Source: Eledone cirrhosa (Eukaryota). Taken from it: a stretch of 64,000 bases of DNA. The notes below the pieces were generated by a model. The model was not told where the DNA came from and searched no databases. It worked only from the letters and a program-made list of their open reading frames with translations. Positions 1 through 14,880 of this stretch are shown piece after piece. The stretch is from positions 91,450,001-91,514,000 of the forward strand of contig OZ024747.1 in the NCBI GenBank assembly GCA_964016885.1. The letters run 5' to 3'. Within the stretch, counting starts at the first letter, position 1; every line of letters starts with the position of its first letter. The translations under genes and the position numbers were made by a program.

Positions 1-317
1 CCAAAGTCACTCTCCTCACCAAGAAACCTTGGTGGGGTTGCCAGTTTAGTCGCCAACGACCCGACCATGGGACAGGTTGTACTGGGATACATGTTACTAG
101 TAGCACCAACTGGTTACCTGACATATATATATATATAAATGGGTGTGAATATATACATGCATATATATATATATATATATATGGGTGTGTGTGTGTGTGT
201 ATATATATATATTGGTGGGTGTGTGTGTATATATATATATATATGTGTGTGTGTGTATATATATATATATGTATGTGTGTGTGTATATCTATATATCTAT
301 ATATCTATATATATGGA

Positions 318-380
<63 letters not shown>

Positions 381-479
381 TAAAATAACAGATTTGCTCT
401 ACGGATCTTATATATTTGATATATATTTATCCTTATCGAGCCCTCTTAGGATTTTAGTCTTCAAATTTATTATTATTAC

Positions 480-513
<34 letters not shown>

Positions 514-827
514 TGGATGTGTGTTTATATATATATATGGATGTGTGTGTGTGTATATATATGTGGATGTGTGTGTGTGTGTATATATCCAGGGTCACCG
601 TGTCTCCTGTATTCTTATACCTCTAGTAGTTCATCTCCATGGCGTATGTTGGTGTAGGCAATGTTTTCAACTCAGTCTCCAGTGTCCACACCACTGATAT
701 TGTCCAATGGAAGGATAAGGGCCAATACAGAATGGTGTCAATATATTTATATACTGTCAAATCTAGAATAGCCTATTTGGTGCATTGAACCTATGCAATG
801 TCATGACCGTCAAAAATCTAGTCATAT

Positions 828-1001
828 TGGATTGGCAGTATTGGTAGAGCGTCAGACGCCGTCGTTTGCAACATAGTTATTGCCCTTTATGTTCTGAGTT
901 CAAATCCCGCCAAGACTGACTTTGCCTTTCATCCTAACGGGGTCGATGAAATAAAATGCCAGTAATGTACTGGGTGATGGTGGCCTTATGCCAAAAGTAG
1001 A

Positions 1002-1005
<4 letters not shown>
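828..1005 (+). mobile_element. tRNA-derived SINE (window family A)
   Basis: TGGATTGGCAGTAT..GTAGAG A-box-like head, GAGTTCAAATCCC B-box, core TTTGCCTTTCATCC..CGGGGTCGAT, tail GTAGAAACA; many copies in window. Confidence 0.8.
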
Positions 1006-1043
<38 letters not shown>

Positions 1044-1133
1044 GTATATATATATATATATATATATCCAGCGAACCTCAACCGTTAAGGTTGTCTTTAT
1101 GCGGGTATGTCAATATTTATATAAACAAATTTG

Positions 1134-1199
1134 TATTTTATCTGATGAAAGCGCACCAAAATTTGCCTTGGTTGCCCTTGAAATATATATAATAAAATA
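1134..1199 (+). ncRNA. Minimal type I hammerhead ribozyme in (TA)n-bounded cassette 1068-1333
   Basis: TATTTTAT-CTGATGA-stemII(AAG..CCAA..TTGG..CTT)-GAAA-TATATA-TA-ATAAAATA; stem I 8 bp perfect, palindromic stem III. Confidence 0.75.
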
Positions 1200-1824
1200 A
1201 TTATGGTTTTATAAATATAGTTTCCATTTATTAATATATTGAATATTTACGCCACTCATCTGTTGAGTGGTTTATATCAGTTATAAATATGTTTAAGCTT
1301 GTTGAATACCAACAAATTAAATATAGCTTCTGCATATATATATATATATATAGCAATTGCGTTATGTTGCTTACCAATGGGTTGAACTCATGGTCCAGTT
1401 ATTTACTTAATGCAATAAATTAAAGCACTCGACGCTATGCAAACAATCCACCGTATATGTAGTATCCCGTTGCTGGTGCGGCAACGGAATGAAATATTCA
1501 TTAAAAACAACAGAAGACACTCAGGACTTGAGATTTCCTTTAAAATTCTAATCCTGCGAAAACTATACATATCTCAATGTCTCAGTTTCAATATCAGAAC
1601 ATATACAAAACTTATGCGATTTCATCAGGTGTTGATTGCCGAATTATATAAGATAACAGGATTACGGCGATCACAAACAGAAATTAGTGGATAGATTTGG
1701 TTCAGGGATGGCTTGACGATTCGGTGTTACTGTAACTGCAATCTACCGCCCTTAGAATAGTAATAATAATTAAACCCTAGTAAAATTCCTCTGGTGCTTG
1801 TGTTTTTATTGGCAGCATGACCCT

Positions 1825-1897
<73 letters not shown>

Positions 1898-2128
1898 GGT
1901 GTTCAACCAACCAGCAGTGCTTAAGTGACTGTAAACAATAATTGCAGCTTTTAGTCCAGTAAAATCTTTACATACGCTAAATTTGAAATTTAAAAATTCT
2001 GTCTAGTCATCATGGTGTAGTAGTCAATGCAGCTGCCTGGTCTACACATGTTACGTAGTTTAATTTCCTGCACGGGTCTATTAGTGAATGAAGCATCATT
2101 TTTATGTCAAGTATATTATTAATACAAT

Positions 2129-2332
2129 GTGGATTGCCAGTATAGGTAGAGCATCTGACACCCTGCTTTGCAGCATAGAGTTTTGGCCCTTTATGTTCTG
2201 ATTTCAAATCCCACCGAGGTTAGCTTTGCATTTCATTCTTACGGGGTCGATAAAATAAAGCGCCAGTAATGCACTGGGATCGATTTAATCAACTTTCCCC
2301 TCTCCTTCCCCTCTCCTAAGGTAGAAGCAATT
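2129..2332 (+). mobile_element. SINE family A copy
   Basis: Same head, B-box and core as 828-1005. Confidence 0.78.
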
Positions 2333-3903
2333 AATAATACGATTTTCAAAATTCACAAGAAAAATATTTAATGAAATAATCATTTTAAAATGTTACAGTT
2401 GGAAATCTAATGTGCTGACTGTTCTAGTTGTTAGGTTCCAAGTATATTTAGTTTCAATATGAAAAACCAAACGAATATAATCACCAACAAACATGAGAGA
2501 GAGAGAGAGTGAATGAAAGAGAGTGAGACAAACAGAAAGAGAGTGAGAGGAAGACAGACAGATACTAGAACTGATTTGGTACCTTTTTAGCGATCCAGAA
2601 AGGGTGAAAGGCAGCGTTGAACACTCGGTTGACTAATACGAGGAATGGATGCTGACGCTCTAACAACTCTACCCATTCGTCGCCTCATAAACAAAAACAA
2701 ACCAAACCAAACAATCCTGTGTCTCTATTCTGCAATTTAGAAAAAGAGAAAGAGATGTTGCTGTTATTACACAGAACTAAATTTCATGCTTTACTATATT
2801 TATGTTATTTCCTATTTTGAAAATCACGTCTTTGATATTTATATATAAAAAAAAAATACACTTGTAATATTTTGGAGTGGATTAAAAAAACATTTTTGAG
2901 CAGCAAAAACAAATGATAATGTTTAATTGTTCTTCAGAATTACATTAATAGAGAGATATGTGAACAGCCATTTCACATGAATTCGTTCGAATACACTTAA
3001 GTTTATTAGAGTGCAAACTATATAAATTGCAATACTTAAGAAAAAAATCTGCTTAAATAACCAGGTCGGCTGATGAGCCTAACATCAGCAAAGATATACG
3101 TACACATCAGATTATAACATTGTCTAAATCAGTGGCTTTTATCCTCAAGTAGGTAATTGTTCTATAAAATGTATTACTGCTAAACAGATAGATATCACAG
3201 ATTCTTCCTACCGTACAAAGATGGGGCCATCTTTATAAATATATCCGGTTAAGGGATCAAGGATTAAGAGGTTATAATTCTTGTCAATTCTACATAATAT
3301 TATATTCACGCCCGGTAAAAATCAATGGAATGTTGTTTTCTAAATCATTGGATTATGGGATAAGCTGTAAATCTGTTTCTAAAACTAGGTAATCAGACTA
3401 GCACAATGACATCAATCTGTACCTATGATTACAGTAGTAACAACTGATTAATATTGATTCTGAGAAATGATCAGTGATCTTTCTTGTCGAAGATTACTTA
3501 CACAAAACCATCGAATACTTGTGTGCATTGTTCTAAGCATAGCACTGACTGAAAGAGAATTGATTCTGCAACTCTCAGTGCAATTAGTCATCTGACACAC
3601 ACAGCCTGTGTGTGTGTGTGTGTTTATATATATATATATATATATACATACACACACACACATACACACGCACACACGCACATACATACATGCATACATG
3701 CATACATGTATACTTGCATACATGCATACATACATATATATACATACATACATCAAAATAGAACCAGTGTGAAACTGGTTAAACCATTCCTCAACAGAAT
3801 ACACGATACTTGGGGTAGTGGATTATGGCTATATTATAAAGAGTCAGGACCTGACGGCTAAGCTCTTGCCATTTGAGCGCAGCCGTCCGCTCCCAACACA
3901 TTG

Positions 3904-3945
<42 letters not shown>

Positions 3946-4469
3946 GGTGGCCCAGAATTCGCTTGTTAGTTATATTTCTTAACATGCTTATTTTATTGTT
4001 ATTGTGATTTAATTTATTATTTTACTTCTTAATATGTTTAGCAGGTTTCTTAATTTATATTTTCATTTCTTAATGTGACTCACAGGTTTTTCATTTATAA
4101 ATAATCTATAAATAATCAAGTGAGTCTGGCCCAAGCTGTATATGTGTGTGTGTGTAGCTGTGTGTGTATATACATTGAAATATAGTATGCGTTCAAACAG
4201 AAAAGTTAAAAATTATTAACTGGCGTGTTGAAAGATAGGGTGAGGGATAGTGCAAAAACGAAAGAAAAGATGAAAGAAAAACAGTGGGGGTTGCAGCATG
4301 AGGGAGGGGTATTGAATGAACTGGATTTGAAAAATTAGAAGAAAAGTAATAGGAAAAATAAAACATCATTGAAAAAATATGTCATATCTTATAAATATAT
4401 AAGCACAATATTAAATATAATTATGCATTTTATGAAGAAAATACAAAGGAAACTGTAGAATGATATATA

Positions 4470-5366
<897 letters not shown>

Positions 5367-5383
5367 TATATACATATATATAA

Positions 5384-5489
<106 letters not shown>

Positions 5490-6213
5490 ACCAATAGAAA
5501 ATATATCATGAGTTTGTAGTGCATGCAGCTGATTATGATGGCCGCGATTATTTATGTGGATCAATTGATGTAAATATAAAAACAGAACGCTGTACTGGCA
5601 ACTGAATAATATGGCAGCTATTCACTGAACTAAGGTTCCTATCACGAGGAGATTATTTCTCGTTTGATCTCTACTTAAAATATATAGTTATACATTGTCT
5701 TTGGATCCAAGCCTCTTGAAGGAGCTGTAGAGGTTCTAATCAATAACACACAGAAGCTACAAATAAACAAAGAATTAAAGAGGCTTTAATCAACACAGAA
5801 GTCACAGTTAAACAACTGATCATGGAACAGAGGTGCCTCTATGACTACTCCACGCATGCGTAATTCAGACGTTTGGACCAGTTATTGAGGAACACGGCGT
5901 TCGCTTTAGTTTTGCAGCATTTTTCTATTTGGAAACAGGGTGTTAATCCTGAAATATTATGTTAAAATATACTGGCTAAAAAAAAAATTAGTTTCTTTTG
6001 TTTTGTTTGTCATCCTTTGCCCTTTCAATATTTCTGCAGCATTGTACTGGCTTTCTGAAATACTTATCGATCAATTATGATATAATTCACAAAGCTTCAT
6101 ATTAAATATAGGCAAGTCCCTAGCAGGACTAAAAGGCTACATCCATGATGCTCATGCTTACGTATCAAGCGATGGCATTACTCGAAATCGAGTTGCAGCC
6201 ATCATATATATAA

Positions 6214-6293
<80 letters not shown>

Positions 6294-6295
6294 TA

Positions 6296-7094
6296 TAAAA
6301 ACAAATAACGAAACGAAATTAAATTTCGTTTCGTTTGTAACTCACTTTTGTATGACTGACGCTTAAACAATTAAGTTAAAAATGTACATCCACATATGTA
6401 TACTGAAATACTAGTATGCATATGAATACACACACGTATACATATGTAGATGTACCGTATGACTCTAAAAACCGGTTTGTCTGTGTGTTTACATACAGAA
6501 TAGCTGGACACTCACAGTAAAGTGACCAGTGAAAAACTCGGTACATCTACATATGTATACGTGTGTGTATTCATATGCATACTAGTATTTCAGTATACAT
6601 ATGTGGATGTACATTTTTAATTTAATTGTTTAAGCGTCAGTCATACAAAAGTGAGTTACAAACGAAACGAAATTTAATTTCGTTTCGTTATTTGTTTTTA
6701 TCGTCTCCGTTGAACCGGTACGTACTCACGCTCTATGCAAATTAGTCTGCCCACTACTAATTTTCATAGAAAAAGCATATAACGATATGTGCTTTTACGA
6801 TTCTCTAGAGAGGCCGGAAGATAGGTTAATATTGCTGATGAGATGTAACAACATCGAAACTAGTTCAATATTCCTTGTCTGGTTTTCTGGAGAATAGAGG
6901 AAAGGTGTTTCCTCAAAAACCAGTATGACTCTAAAAACCGGTTTGTCTGTGTGTTTACATACAGAATAGCTGGACACTCACAGTAAAGTGACCAGTGAAA
7001 AACTCGGTACATCTACATATGTATACGTGTGTGTATTCATATGCATACTAGTATTTCAGTATACATATGTGGATGTACATTTTTAACTTAATTG

Positions 7095-7096
<2 letters not shown>
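6296..7096 (+). mobile_element. Non-coding HHR-bearing retrozyme-like/PLE-terminal cassette: 466-nt unit repeated ~1.4x with 5' inverted arm
   Basis: 6457-6630 repeats at 6923-7096 (offset 466); 6296-6457 is the reverse complement of 6539-6700; flanked by (TA)n on both sides. Confidence 0.75.
6828..6872 (+). ncRNA. Minimal type I hammerhead ribozyme (canonical)
   Basis: AATATTG-CTGATGA-GATGT(aaca)ACATC-GAAA-CTAG-TT-CAATATT; all stems perfectly paired, palindromic ACTAGT stem III. Confidence 0.9.
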
Positions 7097-7186
<90 letters not shown>

Positions 7187-7729
7187 TTGAGGGGGATGAG
7201 GCTGCATGGTTACTGATAACGAGTGTTAGAAAAGGGAACACAAACAAGAGATAGACATTTTCCCATCATCAGTTGTCTACACACAAACAATTTATAAAGT
7301 AATAAATGAAGATATACACTTAGTTTTGACTTGACAAGATAATTGAAAGCTCAATATTTTGTTACCGTCTGTAATCATGTAGACAAAAGGAATCAGAGGT
7401 AAAAATTCAAGAGGTAAAATCCAAAGGATTGAAAATAAGCAGTCTCATAGAGTATAGGAATTGAAAGAATAACCCAAAAATTTGCAGGGATTAAAATATT
7501 TATTATTAGACGTATTATATTGATCCTCTCCTGTTGAATTCCCATGATACTCTTTTGTTTTTCACTCCAAAGAACATTCTCACTCATTTGTTTATTCCCA
7601 ATGAGTTTCCTGAAAACTAATCGATATTTAAACGTTGGGTTGGCATTATCGATCATATTTTTCGTTAACAAAACGTAAGTCGAATAATAAATGTTTTGAT
7701 CCCTGAAAATTCTTTGGTTAATCTTTCAA

Positions 7730-7771
<42 letters not shown>

Positions 7772-7799
7772 TGCTCTCTCTCTCACTCTCTCTCTCTCT

Positions 7800-7857
<58 letters not shown>

Positions 7858-8312
7858 TCAGTTTAAATGTTTTCTTGTTTAAATGTGATGTTGGATTGTT
7901 TATGGACCTGTTCGTTTGTGATGCAGATATTGCGATAACATTTATATGCACATATATACATACAAACATACGTAGATACATCCATCCATGCAAATATCAT
8001 GCATACATACATACATCATACATATGTAAGAACATACATATGTGCATAATACATACATCCATTTTATATGAACTCATTATACCCTTAGTGATATAGAAAT
8101 GTTAAACACACTTCAATATTTCATGTGAGAATTCAGTAAAGTCAGGCATGAATTATTGAGCTCTCTTCACCCTTTGTTGGTATCCTTCTGGCCCAAGGGC
8201 ATAACAAAATGACTTTTATTATCCAAATGGCAAAGGTGTTCGAACAGCGAGAGATTATATGTTTAAATGTACACACACATATATACATGTGTGTGTGTGT
8301 ATTTGTGAGGGC

Positions 8313-8435
<123 letters not shown>

Positions 8436-8513
8436 TTATTTATTTATATATAAACATATCTAAACATTCACATATATACATGCATAAATACCGACACAAA
8501 CACATACAGACAC

Positions 8514-8603
<90 letters not shown>

Positions 8604-10311
8604 GTATATATATACACACACACACACCACACACACACACATTCATAACAGACATATATTTATTAAAATTGGTTGTCGTCCACATATACCTACGTATGTT
8701 GTATCCAAGTAGCTAGACATACAACATATTAAAAAACCACCAACAACAACTTTACACTCGGGATGAGAGATTGTAAAACCCCAGTTGTATTGTCTCGACG
8801 CTACTTTACACCCTAATACACTGACATTATAGAGTGATTTTATCTTTTAATTCGGTCGACATCATTTGCAATTCCTTCGTGCATTGATTATGACCTTAAA
8901 TACCATATCAACTATTTCTCTTCGCCCTTTATATAGATGTATCTTCGACCAGATATATCATCCGATACATACTTCTATACAACCCCCCAAATATCTCACG
9001 AGCTATGTCTCGCAGGAGAATCATTATCGGATTCAACGGGGTCAACAGTTATGTGATGGTCAATGTTGATAACGGATTCCAGTGTAAAATAGTTGACTGG
9101 GGAGAGAATCTCAATGGGATATTTTTGTGTCGTGCATAAATTAATTTAATCCCAAATAAAAACAATTTCTTTTATTTTTCTCTCATTCCACACATTTATC
9201 TAGATTTCAGTGCTACTTTATAACCTTGCTCTCCTTAGCTTGTTTCACTTGATCTGTTATTCTCGCCCATATTGTGAGTTGTTTTGTTTTAAATGGCTAT
9301 CACCACAAACCTGATAGATGTTACGAAATGTTACTGCTCATATGAAAATCATGAATCCTCTGAATACATCTTCATCACTAAGGCTGTATTCCACCAACAG
9401 CATCAACACTACCACCACCAACGAACCAACAAGAAAGAATCTACCAGGATTCAAAATTTTCTAGAAACAGCAGTCAAATCTCCCTCAAATTACATCCCCC
9501 GTTGCTTTAGAAAATGACATGCTGATTAATGTCGTCCAGTGTTCCCTACACAAAAGAATAAAGACGTAATAGTCATGCTTGGAATGTCGTTGATAATAGG
9601 ACTGCTTGGTTATGGCTAACCCTGCAGCGAAACAATGGAAGCAACAACAAACACAACAACGACGACGAAGTTCAGTTAGCCTACAAACATCACTACTAAC
9701 ACTACATATAAACATTAACATATAACTTCGGGGTGACTTTTTAATATTAAACAACCGTATAAAGTAGCGGTCAATATTGTGGCCTTTTAATGTTTTCCCT
9801 TTAATAAACTGAAATACATAGAGAATATAATAAGATTGAATATATTTCGAGAATACCATACGATGGTATTCTTTGGTGAACCGTCTCATCTTTCAAGTTG
9901 TCTTGCTCTGTTGAGCAGCCATTGAGATTTCATTTGAAATCAACGTCTGTCAATTGTAAGGCATATATCAAGTGGATGCAGTTTGACGTTTAATTCTACG
10001 GTAGAGAATACCCATAGCTTGATTAGATATTAACTCACTACACCAAACACAACCTCAATCTCTCATCATTTCAGTTTAACACTTGGCAATAACTGTCTCA
10101 CTGTCAATCAGTATACTAAATTTATTCTTGCCACTAGCACTCTTCATCTCTCTCACACACGCATTCACTCTCACTCCCCCACACTTTCTCCCCCCCCCCC
10201 CCACGCACTCTCACCCCCTCCCTCTCACCCCACACTCTCCTGTTATTTCATTCCCTGATAAATATTTCTGCCAGTGTATCAGTATGTCATCGCTTCTGCA
10301 GCACCCATTAT

Positions 10312-10450
<139 letters not shown>

Positions 10451-10489
10451 CATATGAGGTGGATGTGTATGCGTTAGTTTCTAGAGCGT

Positions 10490-11165
10490 CTTTGGATAAT
10501 GCAAGATGAGAGATTTCCACTCTGCATTAGCGCAGTCTCTCCCTGCCACGAGCCTGTTCTCAGTCCCTCCTCCACGGGCCTCAACACGTCTGCTTCGTCA
10601 TCACTTCCTTATGACCTTCACTTGAGAGAGAAAAGAGTGTCACATTTGTCATTCCGTGGGCATGCACAGCTCAGGGCTGAGTATATTCCCCCAGCGCAGG
10701 GTATTGGCAGCATATAGCTTATTCCGCTTCTCAGCTCGACCATTTTATAACCTCATCACTCGTTATTTCGTCACACCAAGACATTTTCAGTATGACATGT
10801 AGGCAGCGTCAGTGAAAGAGTGAAATGCCTCTAAAGATTCTGCTGATCATTTTCTACATGGTGTAAGTGTAAGTCATCTATCGGCACGATGACTGTTGTA
10901 TACAGTTAGAGTTTGGTGTCTTGGCTGCTATAAGAATTTTACCACACAAGTTTTACGCGATTAGTTATCGAGTTGACATATGGAGTGTGATGTTACAGCT
11001 GATGTACGCAAATGATTCAACGATCTCCATCTTCTCTCAGCTGGATTGGTTGCTGTTGTACCTCCTCGATAACAATCAGCTTCGTCTTTGAACTATTAGT
11101 GCTGACAGTGGTGATCATGTATTCCATTACCGATGGCTTGATATGTATTGAAAAAGTGGTCGATA
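10490..11165 (-). pseudogene. Degenerate RTE-clade LINE 3' fragment (RT thumb/C-terminus)
   Basis: Minus-strand motifs read by eye: NSSKTKLIV, MEIVESFAYISCNI, TKL*LYTTVIVP, FH*RCLHVILKMSWCDEITSDEV. Confidence 0.6.
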
Positions 11166-12243
11166 CCCACAAAACAATTCATTATTTTTATTTTTTATTT
11201 TTATATTTATTTTGTATCTAGCCCCTATCATTAGGACTCATGTAGTTTTGACTTATATATTTATAGTAAATATCAACTAAATGAAAATAATTTATATAAA
11301 ACATTAATTTTTTAACAATATATTTTAACTATATATATTTTTTAACAATATTTTCAGTAAGTTATTTACTATATTGTATTATTGTATTTTATTATATTAT
11401 ATATATTTGAAAAGTATCACCTTAAGTCTTTAGACATTATAATCCTTGTGTATTTTTTGATTAACACATATATATAATTAAAAATTCAGACTTCTTTAAG
11501 TTTAGTTATAAGGCCGGTTGATCCTTTAGGCACTCAAACTATTTAATCATAAATTCTTTAATAATTATAACTATAATTATTTTATAAATTATATTATATA
11601 AACTGTTGTCAATATTATAAATAATTTTGGTAACGATTACCTTCGTGAGGGTATAAAAGCATTATATATCTTCTTTCTCGTGTTTCGTAAATCTTTTAAA
11701 TTTGTTTTCATAAAATTTGAATTTTAGAAATTAAACTTGATAGTATAATATAATATTAATACAAATACCTATTAACTTTTAAAACCTAAAATATTACTCA
11801 TTACTCTGAAATAACTTAAATTAAATATTTTGAATATTAACGGTCAGCTAAATAAGTTTGGATATATATTGCATATATGGATAATTGTCTATAAACTTGA
11901 ACATAAATTACTCCCCTTTGTCTCTCTCTCTCTCTTTAATCATCTTTCATTTGTTTTTCGGGGCACCTACTAAATATATTATCACATCAGCTCTTTCTTC
12001 CTCTATGCTTTCCTTTTTTTTCTCTTTCTTCAGTAGTTTTAAAAAAAAAAAAAATGTTTAACTGTTATATTGATACCATGTATTTTTTAAGCTGTATTAC
12101 ACGCACCCTCTCTATTGTTTGTATTATATATTTTTCTCATGTTCTCAATATTAGGGTATAAATATTGAGTTTTGTCATATGTTAATCACTACCATGACTG
12201 AACCTTAACCATCTATTATGTCAGGATATGTCATGCATCATCT

Positions 12244-12310
12244 TATTTTATCTGATGAGGACGTACTGTTGAACTTAACTCAGTACCTCTGAAATATGTA
12301 TAATAAAATA
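12244..12310 (+). ncRNA. Hammerhead ribozyme at end of AT-rich PLE-like 3' UTR (~11220-12450)
   Basis: TATTTTAT-CTGATGA-GGA.GTACTG..CAGTAC.TCT-GAAA-TATGTA-TA-ATAAAATA; same stem I as the 1134 copy. Confidence 0.75.
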
Positions 12311-12845
12311 TACTTGATCACAACAATATCTATTTTGTTAATATTTTGAATTAATATTAATAACTCTGGAAAACCATTACTGTTGAGTGCTTCCAATTTA
12401 TTGTAAAACTCATTCTTTGATGTATTCATTGAATCTTGTTTAACTTTTAAATATATATATATATTTCTTTGCCAAAACGAAACCATGGTATAAGCACGAG
12501 TTTTAGGTGAAATTATATTATTTTAAAATGTATTTTTTGCTTGCAATGCTTACTTTTAATATACTGTAAATTTGTAACCTAGATATAATTTTGGATACAT
12601 GTAGCTCTACAAATAATAGTTTTTAAGTTATATGGTATTTCAGCTATTTATGGAGTAATAGGACTAAAATAGTATATTTTAGTCTATTGTGTGTGTTTAC
12701 ATACATGCATACACACAGATATATGTATGTATGTATGTATGTAGGATTTTGGACACCCTGCAGGTCAAAAAACAAAACCTGACAAAATGCAGAAGAACTC
12801 ATAAGAGTCAACGGCCATCCAAAAGTGTGTAAATATGTATATACA

Positions 12846-13168
12846 CATGCACCGCGCGGTTAAATCACTAGGAGTGAAGGTCCCCTAGCCTTTGTCATGG
12901 CATTCTTCTAGGAGAAGGCAACCCAGGAAACTAGGATAACTCCGATATAAAACCTGCGGCTCAGTGGTTACCGATGATATTGATCTTTTCTTCTTTTCGG
13001 GTTATAGCTACTGTCGCTCAGAGAGTGGGATTGGCTCAGTGCACAGTCTTTCCTCACTTTAAAAATTATCTACACGCACAGGCATTGCACGATAGAATTA
13101 ATTAATTATTATTAATAATGGTATATCGTGCAATGACCATACTCGGTAACGAGGGGGCTGCCATCATC
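12846..13168 (+). mobile_element. RTE-related non-autonomous repeat (family B); related pieces at 1-110(-), 6130-6205, 41530-41870, 45100-45465(-)
   Basis: Shared blocks CTAGGAGAAGG..CTC.GATATAAAACCTGCG and GAGTGGGATTGG..C.GTGCA; RTE assignment is inference. Confidence 0.5.
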
Positions 13169-14099
13169 ATGTATGTATGTATGTATGTATGTATGTATGT
13201 ATGTATGTATGTATGTATGTATGTATGTATGTATGTATATATGTATATATATATATATGTATAAACTCTATATATAAAAACTCTATATTTCTCTCTTGCC
13301 TGATCTTCCTTCGGTGTAAATTTAAAGGACTACAATGCATGCAACTTCTAATAGTAACACATCTTTTTTTGACCACGACTAATCTCGGAGAGTTAAGCCG
13401 CCGGTGTTTTGGGGGGAACTTTGAAATATCATCAACTATTCATTGCTAATGATCTTGAAAACAAAAAGCATACTACGTTCTTTTCCAATCCAGATGATGT
13501 ATATTCTAAGATGGAAAGTAGTTAGGATTTACATTCAAATGAAACATATGATAGCTGTAAGGTGTTATAAACTATTCATAATCGCTTTACTATCATAGAC
13601 GAAAAATTAGGAATCTAACAAAACGTTTATAACTGGAAACATGTAACATAAAAGTTTAGGATCCCTAGACTTTTTTTAGAAATGTATTGTTCGTACTGGT
13701 GTTTACAGAACTAAGAACACATCGAAACTGACACCACCACCATGGTTGTTTAATGATTTTTATTATGCAAGAAACCTCAGAATATGTCAAATACTCGTGT
13801 TAATATTATTTGCTAGAGAAAACAATAAGAGTTTCCCTTGCGTATTTCTTCATTGTCATATACAAAAGAGGCATGAGAGTATGCACAGTTTACAGTAAAG
13901 AGCAACGAAGCAGTCCATTGTGGGTTTACAACAGCCCATGGATCATAGTTTCATTTCTTTCCTTTTCTTCCTACCTACATAGAGATCTGCAAATATGGGT
14001 ACTGCTTTTTCCCCTGTGATTAAATCAGCCACAAATCCCTCCCAAGATACATACCAATATACTTATCTATGTATCATCACATATATTAACGGTATTACA

Positions 14100-14880
14100 T
14101 ACTGTGCAATATTCCATATTCCCGTATTGTATCACATATACTTCAGTTAAAGTTTACAGCTATGCCTTACATGTGGCTGAAAGTCATTGTCTAAGATCTA
14201 AAATGTGCTATTCTAGGTATAGAGTATTTGTTTGTGTAAATATTCCTGGACGAGACATCCTCTACAATCGTCGGGCTCGCAGTTGTCAATTCTACCTCCA
14301 TGGTAGATTACATATACTTCAGCAACCTGCAATAAACATAGACAAGTAAATTGATCTAACGTTTACACAAAGATCTGCTGTTCCTATGACGCTAAACTCC
14401 GCCAGCTGCAGACTGCGCATCAACATGAGATATTCTTCTCCTCAAAGTTCGATCATCAGCAGCAGAGTTTAAAGAACTGTTAGCTAACTTCAAATCAATT
14501 GGCAGTGGATATCTCACATAAATCATCTTAGTTCCCCGTAACACATCCGAATGTATGGTGCAGACAGTCCCCACTCTCGAACCAGCATGCCCACCATGAA
14601 AACGCACACATCTATCTACCATCAACATCAGACACATTAAAATGTTAACACAAACATATCAATTGAACATTCAGTCCGCTAAATACACAAAGTAGAAGAC
14701 TTTCTGCGTCAAAGACACCATAAGGCCACGCATGAATATACACCTGGTGTTACTGGATTACCTGAGTTTTAATGGGATTACCGGGACGCAAAGTCCCCCA
14801 CGCTTATTCGGTCATTTGGTATCCCTGTCTTATCAACACCATCACATGATCTGAATCAACCAACGGAGGGTCCTTCTTAA
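14100..14880 (+). pseudogene. Possible highly decayed Gypsy-type protease/pol fragment
   Basis: DLKCAILGIEYL resembles the retropepsin ILG.DFL motif; AEFKELLANF and SRRLS follow in the expected order; many stops. Confidence 0.3.

Noticed and set aside
139-657. Many ORFs of YI/CV/HT/RE/SL dipeptide repeats here and throughout the ORF track
   Set aside because: Translations of (TA)n, (CA)n and (GA)n microsatellites; no coding signal
828-905. tRNA gene
   Set aside because: A/B-box-like motifs belong to a multi-copy SINE head; no cloverleaf
3070-3100. CTGATGAG as a hammerhead core
   Set aside because: No GAAA at the right position and no stem I
9485-9889. Minus-strand ORF ending MSFSKATGD|GTAATT as a host exon
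   Set aside because: The putative donor lies in a dispersed repeat (TAGAAA.AGCAG.CAAATCTC, also at ~37160 and ~37660); no recognisable protein
13485-13530. AATC-CAGATGA...GAAAGTAGTTAGGATT hammerhead-like motif
   Set aside because: Stem II weak, and stem I register inconsistent with an NUH site
14392-14637. 81-aa minus-strand ORF as a host exon
   Set aside because: No recognisable domain, weak splice acceptor; region better explained as a decayed plus-strand retroelement
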